Notes under the pieces: model-generated
Told to the model about the DNA's origin: nothing
The model's database searches: none
The model's input: the letters and a program-made list of their open reading frames with translations, nothing else
Position numbers and translations under genes: made by a program
Sequence record: NC_008152.1
From: Escherichia phage K1-5
DNA: 44,385 bases
Direction: 5' to 3' (one strand)
Part shown: positions 38,053 to 44,385 of the stretch, piece by piece
How the letters are laid out: each line of letters starts with the position of its first letter
Position numbering within the stretch: position 1 is the stretch's first letter

Positions 38053-38343
38053 ATGGCTAAATATGGTACTACAGGTTCTGTTACTGGTCAGGCTTTTCGA
38101 GTAAAAGCAGTACAAACTATTGCAACGGCAATCCCGATGCCTGTTGTTAAAGAAGAAGACCTTAAGAGTAAAGACCACCCTATCAACATCAAACATTTAT
38201 CAGGTAAACAGAAAGGTGCAATGGTTGCTCTTGAGAAAGGTGACACAACCTTACATATTGCTGTTGCACGTGGTAGTGAACCCACAGACCCTTGGGATGT
38301 AACTGGTATGGAAAAGGACGCTGTTACTCCAGCAGGGGTATAA
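38053..38343 (+). CDS. Hypothetical protein (96 aa), paralogue B
   Basis: TAAGGAGG RBS; SGKQKGAMVALEKGDTTLHIAVA. Confidence 0.6.
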   Translation: MAKYGTTGSVTGQAFRVKAVQTIATAIPMPVVKEEDLKSKDHPINIKHLSGKQKGAMVALEKGDTTLHIAVARGSEPTDPWDVTGMEKDAVTPAGV

Positions 38344-38345
38344 TA

Positions 38346-38690
38346 ATGCTTAATAAATACTTCAAGCGTAAAGAGTTTGCTTGCCGTTGTGGGTGCGGTA
38401 CATCCACTGTTGATGCTGAATTACTACAGGTAGTCACAGATGTGCGTGAGCACTTTGGTTCTCCTGTAGTTATCACTTCGGGTCATCGCTGTGCTAAGCA
38501 CAATGCCAATGTAGGTGGCGCTAAGAACTCCATGCATCTTACTGGTAAGGCTGCTGACATTAAAGTGTCTGGCATATTACCTTCTGAAGTGCATAAGTAT
38601 CTTACTAGCAAATACCAAGGCAAGTATGGTATAGGTAAGTATAACTCCTTCACTCACATCGATGTACGGGATGGTTGTGCGCGATGGTAA
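38346..38690 (+). CDS. Endolysin, peptidase M15-type zinc peptidase
   Basis: Track ORF 38292; ATG 38346; SGHRCAKHNANVGGAKNSMHLTGKAADI matches the M15 H..D...H zinc-binding signature. Confidence 0.8.
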   Translation: MLNKYFKRKEFACRCGCGTSTVDAELLQVVTDVREHFGSPVVITSGHRCAKHNANVGGAKNSMHLTGKAADIKVSGILPSEVHKYLTSKYQGKYGIGKYNSFTHIDVRDGCARW

Positions 38691-38798
38691 GATGTGTTGA
38701 ATGGTGTGAGCGTATGGTTGCCCAAGCTGCCGAGGATGGCAACTATGATGACTGGAAGAACTACTCTGACTTGTTAGCTCAATGGAAAGGGAGATGCA

Positions 38799-38948
38799 AT
38801 GAAAAAGCTGTTTAAGTCTAAGAAGGTTGTAGGTGCACTGGTTGCACTTGTTATTGCTCTTGTTTCTGTAGGTCTTGGTGTAGACCTTGGCTCTGGCACG
38901 GAATCCTCTGTGACAGATGTGGTCTGCCAAGTGATCACCTGTGAATAA
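38799..38948 (+). CDS. Small membrane protein (49 aa) in lysis cassette
   Basis: AGGGAG RBS; MKKLFKSKKVVGALVALVIALVSVGLGV has one TM helix; between endolysin and spanin candidates. Confidence 0.35.
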   Translation: MKKLFKSKKVVGALVALVIALVSVGLGVDLGSGTESSVTDVVCQVITCE

Positions 38949-39162
38949 GTTTCTAGAAGTTCTGGCAGGTCTTATTGGCCTGCTTGTCTCTGCTAAGAAG
39001 AAACAAGAAGAGAAGGAGGCACAAAGTGAAGCGAATCATGTTAGTGACAACCCTTCTGATTGGTTCGCTGACCACTTCCGGGTGTCAGCAGGCGTTACCA
39101 GAGAAAGCAATGGTGAAACCTCTGAGGCCGACGCTGACGGCAGTTTACGAGGTAGACGATAA
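38941..39162 (+). CDS. Candidate i-spanin (Rz-like), 73 aa
   Basis: GTG start in track; N-terminal TM FLEVLAGLIGLLVSA then charged region; an o-spanin-like ORF starts inside it. Short for an i-spanin. Confidence 0.35.
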   Translation: MNKFLEVLAGLIGLLVSAKKKQEEKEAQSEANHVSDNPSDWFADHFRVSAGVTRESNGETSEADADGSLRGRR

Positions 39163-39235
39163 GGTCTGCTTTAGTAAGCCTGACGCTACAAAACTTGGTT
39201 TGTACATTCTCTCGCTAGAACGCGGATACAATTAA
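39026..39235 (+). CDS. Candidate o-spanin (Rz1-like) lipoprotein
   Basis: Track ORF 38975; GTG 39026 6 nt after AAGGAGG (or ATG 39038); signal MKRIMLVTTLLIGSLTTSGC with lipobox-like TSGC. Confidence 0.5.
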   Translation: MKRIMLVTTLLIGSLTTSGCQQALPEKAMVKPLRPTLTAVYEVDDKVCFSKPDATKLGLYILSLERGYN

Positions 39236-39264
39236 TACATAGCTTTATGTATCAGTGTCTTACG

Positions 39265-39285
39265 ATTTACTGGACACTATAGAAG
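39265..39285 (+). promoter_or_regulatory. Phage RNAP promoter (perfect consensus) upstream of tailspike cassette
   Basis: atttactggacactatagaag. Confidence 0.8.
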
Positions 39286-39366
39286 AGGTAAGATAGCGCC
39301 GTTCTTTTGAGCGGCCTATTACTAGCCAATCTTCATAGGGAGGGTTGGAAAGTAATAGGAGATAGC

Positions 39367-41265
39367 ATGGCTAAATTAACCAAACCTAATACTGAAGGAA
39401 TCTTGCATAAAGGACAATCTTTGTATGAGTACCTTGATGCGAGAGTTTTAACATCAAAGCCGTTTGGTGCTGCAGGTGACGCCACTACTGATGATACGGA
39501 GGTTATAGCTGCTTCATTAAACTCTCAGAAAGCTGTCACAGTCTCAGATGGTGTATTCTCTAGCTCTGGTATTAACAGTAATTACTGTAACTTAGACGGC
39601 AGGGGTAGTGGCGTGCTAAGTCACCGTTCAAGTACAGGTAACTACTTAGTATTTAACAATCTACGTGCAGGTCGCTTAAGTAATATTACGGTAGAAAGTA
39701 ATAAGGCGACTGATACAACTCAGGGACAGCAGGTATCCCTTGCTGGTGGAAGTGATGTTACTGTAAGTGACGTTAACTTCTCAAACGTTAAAGGTACTGG
39801 TTTCAGTTTAATCGCATACCCTAATGATGCGCCACCTGATGGACTTATGATTAAAGGCATTCGAGGTAGCTATTCCGGCTATGCTACTAATAAGGCAGCC
39901 GGATGCGTACTTGCTGATTCCTCAGTTAACTCCCTCATAGATAACGTCATTGCTAAGAACTACCCTCAGTTCGGAGCAGTAGAGTTGAAAGGTACAGCCA
40001 GTTACAACATAGTCAGTAATGTTATAGGGACAGATTGCCAGCATGTAACTTACAACGGCACTGAAGGGCCAATAGCTCCTTCTAATAACCTTATCAAGGG
40101 GGTGATGGCTAATAACCCTAAGTATGCAGCGGTTGTTGCAGGCAAAGGAAGTACGAACTTAATCTCAGACGTGCTCGTAGATTACTCAACTTCTGATGCT
40201 AGGCAGGCTCATGGTGTTACAGTAGAGGGTTCTGATAACGTCATAAATAATGTGCTTATGTCAGGATGTGATGGTACTAACTCTTTAGGACAAGGGCAGA
40301 CTGCTACAATTGCACGCTTTATAGGTACAGCTAATAACAACTATGCGTCTGTATTTCCTAGCTACAGTGCTACAGGTGTTATTACTTTCGAATCCGGCTC
40401 TACCCGTAACTTCGTAGAGGTAAAGCACCCTGGCAGGAGAAACGACCTTCTCAGTTCTGCTAGTACTATTGACGGTGCAGCTACTATTGACGGCACTAGT
40501 AATAGTAACGTAGTGCACGCACCTGCCTTAGGGCAGTACATAGGTAGTATGTCAGGTAGGTTCGAATGGCGGATTAAGTCCATGTCACTCCCTTCAGGCG
40601 TTCTTACTTCTGCTGATAAGTACAGAATGCTTGGAGATGGTGCTGTGTCATTAGCTGTAGGTGGGGGCACTTCTTCTCAAGTTCGCCTATTTACTTCTGA
40701 TGGTACTTCTCGGACAGTGTCCCTCACCAACGGTAACGTGCGTCTTTCTACCAGTAGCACAGGCTTTTTGCAGTTAGGTGCTGATGCAATGACCCCAGAC
40801 AGTACTGGTACATACGCATTAGGTTCCGCCAGCCGAGCATGGTCTGGCGGTTTTACTCAAGCAGCATTCACTGTTACCTCAGATGCTCGGTGTAAAACAG
40901 AACCTCTTACTATCTCAGATGCCTTACTGGATGCTTGGTCTGAAGTTGACTTTGTGCAGTTTCAGTATTTGGATCGTGTTGAGGAGAAGGGTGCAGACTC
41001 AGCTAGATGGCACTTCGGTATCATCGCTCAGCGAGCTAAGGAGGCTTTCGAACGTCACGGTATAGATGCACATCGCTATGGCTTCTTGTGCTTCGACAGT
41101 TGGGATGATGTATACGAGGAAGATGCCAATGGCTCTCGTAAACTGATTACACCAGCAGGTTCCCGCTACGGTATTCGTTACGAGGAAGTACTGATATTAG
41201 AGGCTGCGTTGATGCGGCGGACTATTAAGCGTATGCAGGAAGCACTAGCTTCCCTGCCTAAGTAA
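39367..41265 (+). CDS. Tailspike 1: beta-helix polysaccharide depolymerase (K5-lyase-like) with C-terminal self-cleaving chaperone domain
   Basis: Track ORF 39307; ATG 39367 gives 632 aa; repetitive beta-helix-like rungs (NVIAKN, NIVSNVIG, NVINNVLMS); C-terminal SDARCK ... HFGIIAQRAKEAF resembles the peptidase S74 intramolecular chaperone. Confidence 0.7.
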   Translation: MAKLTKPNTEGILHKGQSLYEYLDARVLTSKPFGAAGDATTDDTEVIAASLNSQKAVTVSDGVFSSSGINSNYCNLDGRGSGVLSHRSSTGNYLVFNNLRAGRLSNITVESNKATDTTQGQQVSLAGGSDVTVSDVNFSNVKGTGFSLIAYPNDAPPDGLMIKGIRGSYSGYATNKAAGCVLADSSVNSLIDNVIAKNYPQFGAVELKGTASYNIVSNVIGTDCQHVTYNGTEGPIAPSNNLIKGVMANNPKYAAVVAGKGSTNLISDVLVDYSTSDARQAHGVTVEGSDNVINNVLMSGCDGTNSLGQGQTATIARFIGTANNNYASVFPSYSATGVITFESGSTRNFVEVKHPGRRNDLLSSASTIDGAATIDGTSNSNVVHAPALGQYIGSMSGRFEWRIKSMSLPSGVLTSADKYRMLGDGAVSLAVGGGTSSQVRLFTSDGTSRTVSLTNGNVRLSTSSTGFLQLGADAMTPDSTGTYALGSASRAWSGGFTQAAFTVTSDARCKTEPLTISDALLDAWSEVDFVQFQYLDRVEEKGADSARWHFGIIAQRAKEAFERHGIDAHRYGFLCFDSWDDVYEEDANGSRKLITPAGSRYGIRYEEVLILEAALMRRTIKRMQEALASLPK

Positions 41266-41272
41266 GCAACAG

Positions 41273-41294
41273 GCAGTGCGTAAGCACTGCTTTT
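41273..41294 (+). terminator. Intrinsic-type terminator in the 85-nt spacer between tailspike genes
   Basis: gcagtgc-gtaa-gcactgc then tttt. Confidence 0.6.
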
Positions 41295-41350
41295 AGCGCA
41301 ACTTTTCTTAAAGGTTATCACGGTGGTAGCCTTTCAGAAAAGGAGGTTAC

Positions 41351-43786
41351 ATGATTCAAAGACTAGGTTCTTCATTAGTTAAATTCAAGAGTAAAATAGC
41401 AGGTGCAATCTGGCGTAACTTGGATGACAAGCTCACCGAGGTTGTATCGCTTAAAGATTTTGGAGCCAAAGGTGATGGTAAGACAAACGACCAAGATGCA
41501 GTAAATGCAGCGATGGCTTCAGGTAAGAGAATTGACGGTGCTGGTGCTACTTACAAAGTATCATCTTTACCTGATATGGAGCGATTCTATAACACCCGCT
41601 TCGTATGGGAACGTTTAGCAGGTCAACCTCTTTACTATGTGAGTAAAGGTTTTATCAATGGTGAACTATATAAAATCACGGATAACCCTTATTACAATGC
41701 TTGGCCTCAAGACAAAGCGTTTGTATATGAGAACGTGATATATGCACCTTACATGGGTAGTGACCGTCATGGTGTTAGTCGTCTGCATGTATCATGGGTT
41801 AAGTCTGGTGACGATGGTCAAACATGGTCTACTCCAGAGTGGTTAACTGATCTGCATCCAGATTACCCTACAGTGAACTATCATTGTATGAGTATGGGTG
41901 TATGTCGCAACCGTCTGTTTGCCATGATTGAAACACGTACTTTAGCCAAGAACAAACTAACCAATTGTGCATTGTGGGATCGCCCTATGTCTCGTAGTCT
42001 GCATCTTACTGGTGGTATCACTAAGGCTGCAAATCAGCAATATGCAACAATACATGTACCAGATCACGGACTATTCGTGGGCGATTTTGTTAACTTCTCT
42101 AATTCTGCGGTAACAGGTGTATCAGGTGATATGACTGTTGCAACGGTAATAGATAAGGACAACTTCACGGTTCTTACACCTAACCAGCAGACTTCAGATT
42201 TGAATAACGCTGGAAAGAGTTGGCACATGGGTACTTCTTTCCATAAGTCTCCATGGCGTAAGACAGATCTTGGTCTAATCCCTAGTGTCACAGAGGTGCA
42301 TAGCTTTGCTACTATTGATAACAATGGCTTTGTTATGGGCTATCATCAAGGTGATGTAGCTCCACGAGAAGTTGGTCTTTTCTACTTCCCTGATGCTTTC
42401 AATAGCCCATCTAATTATGTTCGTCGTCAGATACCATCTGAGTATGAACCAGATGCGTCAGAGCCATGCATCAAGTACTATGACGGTGTATTATACCTTA
42501 TCACTCGTGGCACTCTTGGTGACAGACTTGGAAGCTCTTTGCATCGTAGTAGAGATATAGGTCAGACTTGGGAGTCACTGAGATTTCCACATAATGTTCA
42601 TCATACTACCCTACCTTTTGCTAAAGTAGGAGATGACCTTATTATGTTTGGTTCAGAACGTGCAGAAAATGAATGGGAAGCAGGTGCACCAGATGATCGT
42701 TACAAGGCATCTTATCCTCGTACCTTCTATGCACGATTGAATGTAAACAATTGGAATGCAGATGATATTGAATGGGTTAACATCACAGACCAAATCTATC
42801 AAGGTGACATTGTGAACTCTAGTGTAGGTGTAGGTTCGGTAGTAGTTAAAGACAGCTACATTTACTATATCTTTGGTGGCGAAAACCATTTCAACCCAAT
42901 GACTTATGGTGACAACAAAGGTAAAGACCCATTTAAAGGTCATGGACACCCTACTGATATATACTGCTATAAGATGCAGATTGCAAATGACAATCGTGTA
43001 TCTCGTAAGTTTACATATGGTGCAACTCCGGGTCAAGCTATACCTACTTTCATGGGTACTGATGGAATACGAAATATCCCTGCACCTTTGTATTTCTCAG
43101 ATAACATTGTTACAGAGGATACTAAAGTTGGACACTTAACACTTAAAGCAAGCACAAGTTCCAATATACGATCTGAAGTGCAGATGGAAGGTGAATATGG
43201 CTTTATTGGCAAGTCTGTTCCAAAGGACAACCCAACTGGTCAACGTTTGATTATTTGTGGTGGAGAAGAGACTTCGTCCTCTTCAGGTGCACAGATAACT
43301 TTGCACGGCTCTAATTCAAGTAAGGCTAATCGTATCACTTATAACGGAAATGAGCACCTATTCCAAGGTGCACCAATCATGCCTGCTGTAGATAACCAGT
43401 TTGCTGCTGGTGGACCTAGTAACCGATTCACTACCATCTACCTAGGTAGTGACCCTGTTACAACTTCAGATGCTGACCACAAGTACAGTATCTCTAGTAT
43501 TAATACCAAGGTGTTAAAGGCTTGGAGCAGGGTTGGTTTTAAACAGTATGGTTTGAATAGTGAAGCAGAGAGGGACCTTGATAGCATACACTTCGGTGTC
43601 TTGGCTCAGGATATTGTAGCTGCTTTTGAAGCTGAAGGGTTGGATGCCATTAAGTATGGAATTGTGTCCTTCGAAGAAGGTAGGTACGGTGTGAGGTATA
43701 GTGAAGTTCTAATACTAGAGGCTGCTTATACTCGTTATCGTTTAGACAAGTTAGAGGAGATGTATGCCACTAATAAAATCAGTTAA
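41351..43786 (+). CDS. Tailspike 2: endosialidase (endo-N-acetylneuraminidase) with C-terminal self-cleaving chaperone domain
   Basis: 811 aa; AGGAGG RBS; two Asp-boxes SGDDGQTW and SRDIGQTW; C-terminal SDADHK ... HFGVLAQDIVAAFEAEG parallels the C-terminus of tailspike 1. Confidence 0.85.
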   Translation: MIQRLGSSLVKFKSKIAGAIWRNLDDKLTEVVSLKDFGAKGDGKTNDQDAVNAAMASGKRIDGAGATYKVSSLPDMERFYNTRFVWERLAGQPLYYVSKGFINGELYKITDNPYYNAWPQDKAFVYENVIYAPYMGSDRHGVSRLHVSWVKSGDDGQTWSTPEWLTDLHPDYPTVNYHCMSMGVCRNRLFAMIETRTLAKNKLTNCALWDRPMSRSLHLTGGITKAANQQYATIHVPDHGLFVGDFVNFSNSAVTGVSGDMTVATVIDKDNFTVLTPNQQTSDLNNAGKSWHMGTSFHKSPWRKTDLGLIPSVTEVHSFATIDNNGFVMGYHQGDVAPREVGLFYFPDAFNSPSNYVRRQIPSEYEPDASEPCIKYYDGVLYLITRGTLGDRLGSSLHRSRDIGQTWESLRFPHNVHHTTLPFAKVGDDLIMFGSERAENEWEAGAPDDRYKASYPRTFYARLNVNNWNADDIEWVNITDQIYQGDIVNSSVGVGSVVVKDSYIYYIFGGENHFNPMTYGDNKGKDPFKGHGHPTDIYCYKMQIANDNRVSRKFTYGATPGQAIPTFMGTDGIRNIPAPLYFSDNIVTEDTKVGHLTLKASTSSNIRSEVQMEGEYGFIGKSVPKDNPTGQRLIICGGEETSSSSGAQITLHGSNSSKANRITYNGNEHLFQGAPIMPAVDNQFAAGGPSNRFTTIYLGSDPVTTSDADHKYSISSINTKVLKAWSRVGFKQYGLNSEAERDLDSIHFGVLAQDIVAAFEAEGLDAIKYGIVSFEEGRYGVRYSEVLILEAAYTRYRLDKLEEMYATNKIS

Positions 43787-43914
43787 GCAAGCTGCTGTAC
43801 TCCAGAACACAGAAGAGCTTATTCAATCAGGACGTGACCCTAAGCAGGCTTATGCCATTGCCAAGGATGTTCAACGTCGTGCCATGAAGAAACCTTCTGC
43901 ATCTTCTGCGTAAG

Positions 43915-43975
43915 CAGGTTAATATCTTAGTATAAACAAGGGCAGACTTAGGTTTGTCCTTAGTGTATTCCAAAG
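43915..43975. repeat. Three CTTAG(T/G) repeats immediately left of the right terminal repeat
   Basis: tcttagtat, acttaggtt, ccttagtgt at about 43925, 43946, 43958. Confidence 0.5.
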
Positions 43976-43983
43976 GAGGTAAC

Positions 43984-44112
43984 ATGCTGAAAGATGGTTG
44001 GGTTTCATATGACCCTACAGACCCTAAGAATTGGCTACAGGTTATCGCTATAGCTTGTGCAGGTAGCCTATTGGCTGCCCTGATGTATTCATTATGGATG
44101 TACACAAAGTAA
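43984..44112 (+). CDS. Small membrane protein (42 aa) at right genome end
   Basis: AAAGGAGG RBS 5 nt before ATG; VIAIACAGSLLAALMYSLWM is a TM helix; ends about 40 bp before the terminal repeat. Confidence 0.4.
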   Translation: MLKDGWVSYDPTDPKNWLQVIAIACAGSLLAALMYSLWMYTK

Positions 44113-44151
44113 CCAAAGTCAAAATTTTGATGTAGGCGTGTGTCAGCTCTC

Positions 44152-44385
44152 TCGCCCTCGCCCTCGCCGGGTTGTCCCCATAGGGTGGCCTGAGGGAATC
44201 CGTCTTCGACGGGCAGGGCTGATGTACTCCTTGTCTAGTACAAGGGAGGCGGAGGGAACGCCTAGGGAGGCCTAGGAATGGCTTAGTGGTGGACAAGGTG
44301 ATTACCTTAGTGAAGCCTCTTAGTGCATTCCTGAGGCCATTCAGGGCGTTTATGAGGGATTGACAGGGTGTGAGGGCGTGGGCTA
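44152..44385. repeat. Right direct terminal repeat (234 bp)
   Basis: Exact copy of 1..234 read by eye; window ends exactly at the repeat end. Confidence 0.95.

Noticed and set aside
43764-43913. 49-aa ORF overlapping the end of the endosialidase gene
   Set aside because: RBS spacing is poor (about 3-4 nt) and it overlaps the conserved C-terminal chaperone domain in another frame.
1-44385. Terminal repeats as insertion-sequence ends or prophage att sites
   Set aside because: The repeats are direct, not inverted, sit exactly at the ends of a complete phage gene set, and no integrase or transposase is present.
1-44385. tRNA or rRNA genes
   Set aside because: No cloverleaf-compatible region with conserved tRNA features was recognised by eye; this was not computed, so a tRNA scan is still needed.
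1-44385. A novel multi-gene defence or anti-defence system
   Set aside because: I found no operon-like cluster with defence-system hallmarks; the candidates are single accessory genes (Ocr-like, phosphoesterase, GNAT, tandem small paralogues) reported separately as findings.

Overview
This window looks like a complete linear genome of a T7-supergroup podovirus of the SP6-like type (Autographiviridae), 44,385 bp, bounded by 234-bp direct terminal repeats (1..234 = 44152..44385). All convincing genes are on the + strand in the canonical order: host-RNAP-transcribed early region with an Ocr-like DNA mimic, single-subunit RNA polymerase, primase/helicase, family-A DNA polymerase, exonuclease, endonuclease VII-like resolvase, metallophosphoesterase, DNA ligase, GNAT acetyltransferase, portal, scaffold, major capsid, tail tubular A/B, internal virion proteins, tail-fibre adaptor, holin, terminase small/large, endolysin with nested spanins, and two tailspikes. 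A phage-RNAP promoter family (consensus ATTTACTGGACACTATAGAAG) recurs at about 13 sites. The genome length, the dual-tailspike cassette (beta-helix lyase-like protein plus an 811-aa endosialidase with Asp-boxes) and the 85-nt spacer between them match what I recall of coliphage K1-5; this is memory, not a database hit, and needs BLAST. I found no evidence of a novel multi-gene defence-type system; this reads as a lytic phage genome. The most interesting unexplained signals are a 16-bp palindrome (GTCTCACATGTGAGAC) present five times in intergenic DNA, ATAGGT-rich dyad blocks downstream of three phage promoters (candidate replication origins), CTTAGT short-repeat arrays next to the terminal repeats, promoter-like sequences inside coding regions, and several small membrane or acidic proteins below the 60-aa ORF cutoff. 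All coordinates I derived myself (starts moved from the ORF track, small ORFs, promoters, hairpins) were counted by hand and may be off by a few bases.
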